A DNA stretch of 37,607 nt from a virus (Duplodnaviria > Caudoviricetes): IMG/VR virus record IMGVR_UViG_3300037634_004403, positions 1 to 37,607 of that record. One strand, 5' to 3'. This document shows positions 1-9,100 of this stretch, piece by piece. The notes under the pieces are model-generated. The model saw only the letters and a list, made by a program, of their open reading frames with translations. It did no database searches and was not told the origin of the DNA. Positions within the stretch are counted from its first letter, which is position 1. Every line of letters starts with the position of its first letter. The position numbers and the translations under genes are program-made.

Positions 1-1
1 A

Positions 2-304
2 GAAGCAAACCATGACGCCTTCTGCGTGTCGTGCGATTATGTTCTAGTAGACGACCATGAGAATATAATTGAAAGAAAGTATGCTGAGAAAGAAAATATA
101 TCTTGTGGTATAATGTATCGAAGAGATTTGCTTATGGAGTATGGTGGGTATGATCCAAATATGCGACACAGAGAAGAAGAAGAATTAAGAAAGAGATTGG
201 GCGATTTTTATAACATACATCATCTAAGAATTCCGTTCTATCGATATAGGATGCACAGTCACAACAAAACTAAAGAACCAGAGTATAAAACTTGGGAAAT
301 ATAG
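2..304 (+). CDS. Glycosyltransferase family 2-like protein, C-terminal part (5'-truncated by the window edge)
   Basis: The frame is open from position 2 (EANHDAFCVSCDYVLVD...). GT-A/GT2 C-terminal features are present: CDYVLVDD, GIMYRRDLLMEYGGYD, EEEEL, FYRYRMH. Next to NDP-sugar genes. Confidence 0.75.
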   Translation, partial: EANHDAFCVSCDYVLVDDHENIIERKYAEKENISCGIMYRRDLLMEYGGYDPNMRHREEEELRKRLGDFYNIHHLRIPFYRYRMHSHNKTKEPEYKTWEI

Positions 305-313
305 GAGAGTAAA

Positions 314-1180
314 ATGTCTAGATGTTTAGTTACGGGGTATAAAGGCTATATTGGGTCTAAATTATCTGAAAAATTGCAAGAATTAGGTCACGAAGTAAGG
401 GGTATAGACCTCAAAGAAGGGGAAGATATCTTAGACGGACTGGGAAAGTTTGTTGACTTTAGGCCCGAATATATTTTTCATCTCGCATGTATTCCACGAG
501 TTGCATATAGTGTTGAACAACCTGTCTACACAATGATTAATAATGTCATCTCAACCAGCATTGTTTTGGATTTTGCCAGAAAGACGAAGGTTAAGAGGGT
601 TATCTACTCGGGTTCCTCGTCAGTTGTTGGTAATGGAGACGGCCCGACAAGCCCATACGGGCTACAAAAGTTGTTCTCCGAGATGGAAATGAGACTTTAC
701 ACATCATTATATGGTGTGGATACGGTAACCCTCAGATATTTTAACGTGTATTCTCCTTGCCAAAAGGCCGAGGGCCCCTATGCGACTGCTGTTTCCAACT
801 TTATGGAATTTATTAGGCAAGGTAAAAATCCATTTATCACCGGAGATGGTGAACAAAGAAGGGATATGGCACATTTGGAGGATGTTGTCGGAGCTAATAT
901 CGCCGCAATGCGCCGCGGCCCCAGTTTTGAAGGCGCAGTATTTGATATTGGCACGGGAGAAAACATTTCGTTAAATCAGATTAAAGCCTTCGCACAAGAG
1001 TATTTTCCCCAAGTTCAGTTTGATTATCGGGACGATAGAGTCGGCGACGTTTTAGAAACGAGAGCAAATATCACACCATATTTGGAAGGATCCTCTTGGA
1101 AGCCTGTACATACAATCGAATCGGGTATAAGGGATTGTTTCGAGAAACTAAAAAAAGAAACAGGAGGGATAGGTGAATAA
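314..1180 (+). CDS. NAD-dependent epimerase/dehydratase (extended SDR, GalE/WbpP-like)
   Basis: TGYKGYIG Rossmann motif, FHLA, YSGSSSV, catalytic YGLQK (YxxxK), LRYFNVY, GDGEQRRD. SD AGGAG upstream. Confidence 0.93.
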   Translation: MSRCLVTGYKGYIGSKLSEKLQELGHEVRGIDLKEGEDILDGLGKFVDFRPEYIFHLACIPRVAYSVEQPVYTMINNVISTSIVLDFARKTKVKRVIYSGSSSVVGNGDGPTSPYGLQKLFSEMEMRLYTSLYGVDTVTLRYFNVYSPCQKAEGPYATAVSNFMEFIRQGKNPFITGDGEQRRDMAHLEDVVGANIAAMRRGPSFEGAVFDIGTGENISLNQIKAFAQEYFPQVQFDYRDDRVGDVLETRANITPYLEGSSWKPVHTIESGIRDCFEKLKKETGGIGE

Positions 1181-2042
1181 GTTTAATATTGGAATTATCG
1201 GTTTTGGCTTTGTCGGATCTTCGGTCGCTTATGGTTTTTCGCCGCAGACAGGTTTTGACCATGCCACCATAAGAATCTACGACAAAGACGACAGCAAATC
1301 AACTCATAGCTTGGAAGAGGTACTGGATAACTCTGATTTTGTTTTCTTGTCGGTGCCTACACCCTCCAATTTAGATGGCTCGATCAGTCTATCAATCTTA
1401 CATAATGTGTTAGAACAAATTGATGAGCGTGGCACCAAGAATGGCTGTATAGTGCTGGTTAGATCTACTATCATCCCAGGCACCACTAGAGGCTTTGAGC
1501 AAAAGTATAGAAATATAAGATTTGTGTTCAACCCAGAGTTTTTGACAGAAAGATCCGCTAAGTTTGATTTCATTAATCAAGCTAGGTTTGTTCTTGGTGG
1601 TGATCCTAGCGATACTCATAAGGTGGCAGAATTTTTAAGATTTAGATTCGGAAACTCTACTCCAATGATAGAGACAAATTTCGAAACGGCTGAGTTCATC
1701 AAATATATGAATAATTGTTATTTTGCGACTAAAGTATCGTTCATGAATGAAATGAAGTTAATCGCGGATAAGAGCGACGTTGATTGGGGCGTTGCTGTAG
1801 ACGGTTTTGTAAGAGACGGCCGAGTTGGTCATACTCACTTAGCCGTCCCGGGCCCAGATGGAAAGTGTGGGTTTGGGGGAAGTTGTTTTCCAAAAGACAT
1901 GCAAGCATTAATGAGTCACGCCAAATCAATTGGTGTGAACACCAACGTCCTCAACGGTGCGTGGAAAACAAATTTAGATGTTAGACCAGAGAGAGACTGG
2001 GAAAAACTACTTGGAAGAGCTATTATTAAAGAGGAGAATTAA
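1173..2042 (+). CDS. UDP-glucose/GDP-mannose dehydrogenase family protein, short form
   Basis: IIGFGFVG, SVPTP, RSTIIPGT, FNPEFL, AEFIKY.NN..ATKVSF.NE, catalytic GFGGSCFPKD. GTG start overlaps the previous stop. Only 289 aa. Confidence 0.92.
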   Translation: MNKFNIGIIGFGFVGSSVAYGFSPQTGFDHATIRIYDKDDSKSTHSLEEVLDNSDFVFLSVPTPSNLDGSISLSILHNVLEQIDERGTKNGCIVLVRSTIIPGTTRGFEQKYRNIRFVFNPEFLTERSAKFDFINQARFVLGGDPSDTHKVAEFLRFRFGNSTPMIETNFETAEFIKYMNNCYFATKVSFMNEMKLIADKSDVDWGVAVDGFVRDGRVGHTHLAVPGPDGKCGFGGSCFPKDMQALMSHAKSIGVNTNVLNGAWKTNLDVRPERDWEKLLGRAIIKEEN

Positions 2043-2044
2043 AA

Positions 2045-2245
2045 ATGGCAAATGAAATGAATTTATCAGATCAGGCACTTGGTGCATTGATGATGGCCCT
2101 GCAAAGGTCTTTAATGGAGCAGTCGGATATTGTCCCGGTGCTTCAGGGATTTCGATTCAGATTATCGGACGAAGGGCTCGTGGTTATGAACCCACCGTTG
2201 GTTAAGCTTGGGACCGAAGATGAAGAAGAATCAGTAGGTGCCTAG
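2045..2245 (+). CDS. Small hypothetical protein
   Basis: 66-aa ORF with GAGGAG SD, tightly packed between its neighbours. Confidence 0.7.
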   Translation: MANEMNLSDQALGALMMALQRSLMEQSDIVPVLQGFRFRLSDEGLVVMNPPLVKLGTEDEEESVGA

Positions 2246-2522
2246 ATACGAATATAAGTGTAGAGAATGTGATGTTGAGTTTGAAATATCACACTCTATG
2301 AAAGAAAAAATGAGTGATTGCGGATCATGTAAGGCAGAGGGATCACTATTTAAGGTGATTGCAAGTTTTGCGGTCAGTGGTTTTGAATCTAGCGATTCGG
2401 ACAATCATCAGAAGCCTGGTAAAGTTGTTAATGAATTTATAGAGGAAACCAAGACGGAGGTTTCACAGTATAAAAATGAGTTATCAAGAAATATGGTCGA
2501 TGTTAATGAGATAGGTGAATAA
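2238..2522 (+). CDS. FmdB-like zinc-ribbon protein
   Basis: MPRYEYKCRECD.EFE..H.M....CGSC matches the FmdB CxxC...CxxC pattern. Confidence 0.85.
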   Translation: MPRYEYKCRECDVEFEISHSMKEKMSDCGSCKAEGSLFKVIASFAVSGFESSDSDNHQKPGKVVNEFIEETKTEVSQYKNELSRNMVDVNEIGE

Positions 2523-2863
2523 TGGAATTTATTATTTTAATTTTGCTTATCGTATCAATTTTGGCCAACATATTTCTTGTTAGTTATGTCCGTTTTTTAT
2601 TGGAACAATTATCATTTGTGTCTGAGAATATCAATTCCTTAGTTGGTTCTGTAGTCGAACTTAGAAATCACTTATCAGAGGTGTATGAGTTAGAAAGATT
2701 TTACGGTGATCAAACACTTGAAGATTTATTACGACATACTTCAGCCGTGACCGAAACATTGCAAGATTTTGAAGATATCTATATGCTTGTAGAGAGCAAA
2801 GAAGATGAAGAGGAGAATCTGTTTGAAGAACCAGAAGAAGCCGACAATACGGAAGCGATTTAG
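2522..2863 (+). CDS. Small membrane-anchored coiled-coil protein with acidic C-terminus
   Basis: N-terminal hydrophobic helix FIILILLIVSILANIFLVSYV, a heptad-like middle, and acidic tail EDEEENLFEEPEE. TAATG coupling to the upstream gene. Confidence 0.75.
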   Translation: MEFIILILLIVSILANIFLVSYVRFLLEQLSFVSENINSLVGSVVELRNHLSEVYELERFYGDQTLEDLLRHTSAVTETLQDFEDIYMLVESKEDEEENLFEEPEEADNTEAI

Positions 2864-3542
2864 GAGAAGGGGATCTGGTAGGAAATACTTCACCCAGGTT
2901 CATGAAGATGCAATCCTCGAATATGTCGCAACCGATGATATAAAAGTAAGAACCAAACTATATGTTAATTACATAGGCCCAGCATTTGATGAAATGGTGG
3001 ATAAAATTGTGTATACATATAAGTTTACCAGTCTTCCCAATATAGATTCTTTAAGGGATGAGTGCAAAATTTGGCTCATAACTATACTTGACAAATATGA
3101 TAAGAACAAAGGGTCAAAAGCCTTTTCTTATTTCTCAGTAATTACAAAGAATTGGTTTATTGCTGAAACTAAAAAGAAGGCCAAAAGAAACAGGCAAGAA
3201 GTAGAATTAGGAGAATTATCAAAAGATTTAGAACTCAAATATATTTCCACAAATAACCCGTACCAGAAAAAAAGAGAATCAAAAGAATTCTTTGGTTTGC
3301 TGAATAACGAAATAGATAGTTGGGAACACGAGAATATGAAAGAAAGCGAAAGGAAGGTTCTCGATGCAATAAGGATACTTTTTGATAACGTCGAAGATAT
3401 AGAAATTTTTAATAAGAAAGCTATTTACTTATACCTGCGAGAGATCACCGGCCTCAACACGAAACAAGTGGTCAGCAACTTGAACAAGATGCGTTTGAGA
3501 TACAGGGTTTTTAAATTTAAGTGGGATGAAGGTGATTTATGA
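2805..3542 (+). CDS. Phage-encoded RNA polymerase sigma-factor-like protein (probable late sigma); true start may be TTG at 2823
   Basis: Sigma region-2-like segment LDKYDKNKGSKAFSYFSVITKNWF, and a C-terminal HTH-like segment YLYLREITGLNTKQVVSNLNKMR. AGGAG at 2811-2815 precedes the in-frame TTG at 2823. Confidence 0.72.
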   Translation: MKRRICLKNQKKPTIRKRFRRRGSGRKYFTQVHEDAILEYVATDDIKVRTKLYVNYIGPAFDEMVDKIVYTYKFTSLPNIDSLRDECKIWLITILDKYDKNKGSKAFSYFSVITKNWFIAETKKKAKRNRQEVELGELSKDLELKYISTNNPYQKKRESKEFFGLLNNEIDSWEHENMKESERKVLDAIRILFDNVEDIEIFNKKAIYLYLREITGLNTKQVVSNLNKMRLRYRVFKFKWDEGDL

Positions 3543-3829
3543 AAAACTTAGATCATTACTTAGAGAAAGCTATCGAAAACATAGAGTCGGACAGAGAGAC
3601 CACAAAGGAGCTTCTTGACGACGTTATGAGATATGTTTCTAAGAATGAGCAGCACCACAAGGAAGTGGGCGCCATTGCCGCCAAATATGTTGAAACACTT
3701 CAGAGGTCTAACGAACAGTTGGTGAAAGTTTCTACAATCATTTTTAAACAACAGGGCGCCCATAAAGGTCTGACTGACGATGACAAGTCAGAAATATTTG
3801 ACATCCTTCAGGACAGCAAGGGAAACTAA
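3539..3829 (+). CDS. Hypothetical helical protein
   Basis: 96-aa ORF with ATGA overlap to the sigma gene; composition suggests an all-helical protein. Confidence 0.7.
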   Translation: MKNLDHYLEKAIENIESDRETTKELLDDVMRYVSKNEQHHKEVGAIAAKYVETLQRSNEQLVKVSTIIFKQQGAHKGLTDDDKSEIFDILQDSKGN

Positions 3830-3831
3830 AT

Positions 3832-5085
3832 ATGTCTATTAAGGCGAGAAGAAAGAATTTAAGGATGTATAATTTAGATTCTGATGAGATTCAGGGTAAC
3901 TATGCTCTTATGTTGCGCGCCGCTCAACAAGAGGCGCTATCCCCGTCGAGTCCGACAATAGGCGCTGGTCAAACTGCTATATGTTTACTACAGTTTAGGA
4001 TTAAGGCTTCAAATCCAAATGTTCCTCCTTTACAACCGATCAAACGCGACGGTGATTCAGCCGGCGCAGCCGCCCGAAACGCCGTTGAATCCGGCAAATA
4101 TCGTATAGCTTGCCATGCCCTGATCATAGATAGTGATGCGGGGTCTATAGGTCAGTCTGGGTTGGAACACAGTTCTCATTGTTTGCCGAGCCCTTTTGCT
4201 AAATCTTCCATAACAAAAAATGATTATATTCTTCTGGCTAGAAGATTTCCGATATATGTTGGCGACTATATCGAACCGTCCGGCCAGACTGCCGGCGACG
4301 GCGTGTCCAAAATTCAGCTCGAACCCGGGATGTCCATAAGGGTTTGGGATAACGATGTTCAAGGTGGGGTGTATGGCACGATTACAGAAGTATTGGACAC
4401 CGAGCGGGCCATTACCCAGCTTCCGGACGGCACCATCCGGGCATTGTTTAACGGTGGCGAGGGAGGCCTCGACGGCAGCTCCGGAGATCTTCACGATCCA
4501 GTGCTTGAACAATATCGCATTCTACGTAATCCCGAAGACTGGCCTCGGTCACAGATCTCCGAGGATCCGCCCAGGCCTTGGTCATCGCTCGATGTGGCGG
4601 AGGAAATGCACGGCCCCGGGCAGAGACGCGTCTCCCAGGGCCCTGTTTCTGATGAAATCCCTCCACCAGAATTGGAAGAGGGCTGGAGTTTGGTTCAGCG
4701 CTGGAGGAACCTCATCCAAGGAGATTCAAATGATTATACTGATGATATACTTGGTAATGATATACGAGGGCATTCTTATGTAGTGTTTAAAGAAGGCGCC
4801 AAGGTCACGGTTTATGAGTCAGCTCAATCCTATGGGTTTCGCACACCCACTATAGTTTGGGAAGACATCGGTGACCGACACCGAGGCTATACTGTAGCAG
4901 TCCAATCAATGCCGGGCAAGAGCTGCAACGGCTGCGCACCTCCAGATTTTGCCAAGGTCATCGGGTCCGGAAAATTCCGCACCTGGGTCGATGGCGCCAG
5001 GTTGCCATGTGTTACTTTTACAGCGTGTTTTCTGTTAGAGACATGGAACCCCGACGTCGTTGATTTGGATCAGCAAGAAGACTAA
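3832..5085 (+). CDS. Hypothetical protein; possible N-terminal (OB-fold) part of the baseplate spike module with a variable C-terminal domain
   Basis: 417-aa ORF directly upstream of the spike-like gene. LEPGMSIRVWDND.QGGVYGTI weakly resembles the gpV/gp5 OB-fold strand pattern. The C-terminal half is more GC-rich. Confidence 0.45.
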   Translation: MSIKARRKNLRMYNLDSDEIQGNYALMLRAAQQEALSPSSPTIGAGQTAICLLQFRIKASNPNVPPLQPIKRDGDSAGAAARNAVESGKYRIACHALIIDSDAGSIGQSGLEHSSHCLPSPFAKSSITKNDYILLARRFPIYVGDYIEPSGQTAGDGVSKIQLEPGMSIRVWDNDVQGGVYGTITEVLDTERAITQLPDGTIRALFNGGEGGLDGSSGDLHDPVLEQYRILRNPEDWPRSQISEDPPRPWSSLDVAEEMHGPGQRRVSQGPVSDEIPPPELEEGWSLVQRWRNLIQGDSNDYTDDILGNDIRGHSYVVFKEGAKVTVYESAQSYGFRTPTIVWEDIGDRHRGYTVAVQSMPGKSCNGCAPPDFAKVIGSGKFRTWVDGARLPCVTFTACFLLETWNPDVVDLDQQED

Positions 5086-5101
5086 AGGATAGGAATATAA
5101 A

Positions 5102-6100
5102 ATGTCTGGTGAAGAATACAATGTGGCTCCCCCAAACGAAAAAAAGATGTGTCGTGTTGAAGATCCCCCTGCTGATGTTCAAGGTGTTTTTGACTTAGAC
5201 GCTGACAACTTCACGCTCCGTGGATCAAACTGCACCAAGATGTTGGAGCACGTCCCGAAGTTTATTAAGGCCCCTTGCGAACTTGTTGTAAAAAATAAGA
5301 ATAATGCTTGGATTGTTCTTGGCCGTGACCGCCCCGATACGTTAGACTCTGGAAAGGGTGGCGCTGGAGAAACTAAATGTGGAGCGATTGACATAGTGGT
5401 CGGCCGAATGGGTTTCGACCCGGATAGCAACGCGTCCGTTCACAACAATTTTAAAGGAGACGCGGCAAGAATATATATTAGTCAAAGAACTGATGTTGAC
5501 AGACACTTTGCGCTACCGCCCGGTAGCCACAGCATGGGGATGGTTGAAGAGCGCTCCGCAATTGCAATGAAGGCTGATGAGATACGGATTAACGCTAGGG
5601 GCGGGATAAAGCTGGTAACTGGAACTTATGGAAACCTAAATTCTTCTGGTCAAAGAGAAAACGCAACGGAGGGTATCGATCTTATCGCCGGCGGCCATGA
5701 TAATGATCAGTTTATACCGTTTGCCGACCCTTTGAACCCTATCACGGAACGCCTGCAACCTCTTGTTAAGGGAACCAATTTGGTTGATTGTCTCAAAGAA
5801 ATAGTAGCATGTATTGAGGGGATACATCACACTCTAGAGCATTGCTGGGAACATCAGACTAAATTCAATTCTTCTATAATGACCCATTCGCACTTGGGAA
5901 TCGCCGGTATAATTCCCGTCTCGACAGCTCCAGACCCGGTTTTGGCAACAAAAGCTATGGAAACATCCTTAAAAACAGTGGTGGATGGTATAATACAACT
6001 AGATTATAATTTATCAAACATAGTCGACGTTGTGGAAGGTATGTATTTGGATCCCAATGGACCGAGATATATATGTAGTGATTATAACAATACAAACTAA
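5102..6100 (+). CDS. Baseplate central spike-like protein (gp5/gpV/gp138 C-terminal type)
   Basis: Short beta-strand repeats (NAWIVLGRDR, AIDIVVGR, ARIYISQRTD, SAIAMKADEIRINARGGIKLVTG), then PLVKGTNLVDCL and an HxH motif (MTHSH) as at metal-binding spike tips. Lies upstream of the gp25/gp6-like genes. Confidence 0.62.
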   Translation: MSGEEYNVAPPNEKKMCRVEDPPADVQGVFDLDADNFTLRGSNCTKMLEHVPKFIKAPCELVVKNKNNAWIVLGRDRPDTLDSGKGGAGETKCGAIDIVVGRMGFDPDSNASVHNNFKGDAARIYISQRTDVDRHFALPPGSHSMGMVEERSAIAMKADEIRINARGGIKLVTGTYGNLNSSGQRENATEGIDLIAGGHDNDQFIPFADPLNPITERLQPLVKGTNLVDCLKEIVACIEGIHHTLEHCWEHQTKFNSSIMTHSHLGIAGIIPVSTAPDPVLATKAMETSLKTVVDGIIQLDYNLSNIVDVVEGMYLDPNGPRYICSDYNNTN

Positions 6101-6104
6101 TTAT
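6096..6104 (+). promoter_or_regulatory. Putative late promoter motif ACTAATTAT
   Basis: One of four ACTAWTTAT copies at gene junctions; 13 nt upstream of ATG 6118. Confidence 0.55.
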
Positions 6105-6117
6105 TTAAGGTATTAGC

Positions 6118-9100
6118 ATGGCAGATCCGAGAGACCCAGACATTTTAAGAGACGCAGAAGGCTTCCCTTTTCCAGATGCAGATGAATCTGCAAGAGACCG
6201 AGACGCCGCCCGAGACGCCGCCCGAGCGGCCCGAGGCATAGCTCGTGGAGAGCCTGTGGTGCCTTCTGAGCTTGACGATATACCCACAGGGGACGAAGCC
6301 GGCGACGGACGCGTCCGATGCCCCAGAGGCGAAGTGTGGAGCTATTCCGAGCGCAAATGTGTTCCCGACGATAACCCAGACAATTTTGACAATCCTGATT
6401 TTGATTTTATGGATTGCGAGCCATCAGATGCCAACCTGGAGCCTCCAGAGGAATGTGCGGTTTGTGAAAAGGACCCACTGGCATTTGTTCCCAGTTGGAA
6501 AAGACTGGCTAATAAAGAAGTGTTTTTTGATGGAAAAGAGTGTCTATACTCTGCTGTTGTTCACGACATAAATTTAGATAGCTGGCAGCGCACGATGACG
6601 CGACCCGGCACCACCACCGCCCTCGCGCAGCAGGTTCGCAAGAAGATCACAGTCTCAGATCCTGACGGCGATGCGAAGATAGCGGGCCTAGAATTAATGT
6701 TTGAATTCCTACAGAAGGCAGAAGTGGTCAAGGCTGCTGAATTTCTTCCAAAAGAAGAGACTGGAGTCGGGCAAGTTACATCAGGGTTGTTCCCCTTTTT
6801 ACCCGGAGCAAAAGAGTCAGGAAAGTATACACGAGAAGAAAAAGACATAAACATGATCGACGAACTCCTTAAATTAAAGGATATAGTGCAAGTTGAAAGC
6901 GTGGTGTCGATCAGGCCAAATATTCCAACAAAGTTTTTGATTTCTGTGCCGGTAGAATACATAATTGATCTTCCAAATGTTGTTGTGGCCGGCATACCAG
7001 AGGATATACCAACCGATGAGCCGCTAAAGGTTCAGTTTACGGGCGATGACATAAAAGAAAAGTTTCAAATTATGGCCAATCCTTTGAACGGCGTGATGAT
7101 GGTATACCACCGGCAATATCAAATTTGGCTAAGGCAGGGCGGAGGAGTATTTAAAAAGACAAAATACAACGATGAGACTCAAAGATTTGAGGTTACGGGA
7201 AAGAATTTTAAACTAGATCTCAAAGATCACGCAGGCAAAATGAGAGATTTTCTTGATAGCCTCTCAGAAATGCTTAGCACGCAGAATTTAGTTATCCCTG
7301 GGTCAGGTACAAAACTAAGAACTCAAGCCCCAAATGTTGAAAAAGTCATCGTTAATATTGAAAACACTGATAAGGCCCCCGGCGGAAAGCTTCGAATAAA
7401 GAACGTCAAGGCAAACAAAAAAGGCTGTGAGCTTGTTGTTTTCAACGAAAAACGACCCGCAACCAGCTATCAATTTAAAAAGTTTGAACGACAATTCCGA
7501 AACACTACGCTCTTGGGCTATATTGGACAAATACCTAGTATGTGTGACAGTTCACAAGCAAGGGATCCGTCCGAATGGTTTGATTGGGTTGTAGATCACA
7601 CCTACCCTCCCGTTGAGGTGCAGTTGGGCTTGAATGCAGACGACGCGTCCTCGGAGCAAAGCTTTGCCTCCTGCGCTGCTGGGGGCCTTATCTTCGATCC
7701 GATTGAAGAGATCTTAGGCTCTCTAGGCGAAGAATTAGGAAAAGTTTTAAAAGAAAAGTTTGGTGCTGGCGAAATTCTATGTTTGAGCCCGGAAGAGGCG
7801 AAGGCAGAGATGAAGGAATCCCGGGACGCCACCAAGCTTGCTAAAGCGGAAGCAGAAGAAGCTAGGAGAGTGTGGAAGATTGCCAAGGATGAACGAAAAG
7901 AAACCGAAAAAGAACTAAAAGAATTGTATAAAAAGGCAGAAGCAATGTCTGTCGACGAATTCGGCGATGTCGAGGATGTCACGGCCGCCCAAGACATCGG
8001 TATGATGATACAAGCTCTAGAAGATATGCTCAAAGATCTCCAGAAGACCGAAGATGCCGCCAAAAAAGACTTGAAAGAAAAGAAGGTTTTCCTTAGTAAA
8101 GATTTGACTGAGAGAATGAGGGGCACGTTTAAAGAGGAAATGTCTACATATGCGGCAAAAAACCCTCTATTCGAGAGCTTGCCAAAGCTTTTGGATTCTT
8201 TTGCCAAAAAAGGGAAAGGATCAAAGAAAAATCTTTGGAAAGATGTAATAAAGAAGCTCGGGCCTTGCGGTTTGCTCGCCTTACTGGCAGAGGCGATGAA
8301 GTGTCTTATGGAGGGTATGGGGCTTGACGATGCTAAGAAGAAGCTGGTTGAAGCTGCGTTCAAGGCGATGGATAATGCAAATCTAGAGAAGATTTTTATT
8401 GGTCTGCCACCGGAAGAGCAAGCAGCAGTAATGGCTGAGATCGAGAAGGAGCTAAAAGGTGTTAAGCCTCCTTGGGAAGATCCGTATAAAGAGGGAACAT
8501 ATTCTGGATCGGGGTGGAACAAGGACGATTTACGGAATGATGTGCTCCAGGCACAGGGCGGCAAGACGACAGATGAGATCAGGGCAGAAGCTAAAGAAGC
8601 TGGAGAGAGTTATAATAAGGCTATCAAGGCAGAAGTTGACAAAGATGATATGAAGTCTGCCAGAAAAGCCCGTCGAGCCGACACAGCCGCGAAGTTATTT
8701 GGCGAAGACGGCCACGTTCTTCCTGGTGGGGGAGTTCAGCAGCATCCCAAGCAGGGTAGCCTGGCAATGGCAGTCAACGACGCGCAGAAAATTATTTTTG
8801 AGGCCTATAAAAAAGCAATTTTAAAACTTATCGGCGCCGATTACCTATTTGAACAGCTAGAAAAGCTCCCTGGCGCCGCCCTTATCGCAGCGCTCATAAA
8901 AGATATTCCGTGTAAAAAGCCTCCACCCTGGAGAATTGATCCTCCGTTGGGAGAGTTCTTTCACTTTGGGAACCTTAACCCTTGTGATTTAAAAAACACC
9001 ACAGGCGTATGGCAGATACCACCGAGGTTCTATTTCAGAAAACCAGTTAATTTATGGTGGATGGCAGCATATCTTTGGTATATTCTAAAAGAGATTGCAG

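Noticed and set aside
26-28. GTG start given in the ORF track for the first gene
   Set aside because: The frame is open back to the window edge and the sequence matches the middle of a GT2 domain, so the real start lies upstream.
3539-3829. Possible terminase small subunit
   Set aside because: Size and helical character would fit, but there is no diagnostic motif and no adjacent large terminase; left as hypothetical.
7602-8564. 320-aa minus-strand ORF
   Set aside because: Fully antisense to the E/K/A-rich coiled-coil part of the 2530-aa gene. Its S/F/L-rich composition is the expected shadow, and it has no motif or SD.
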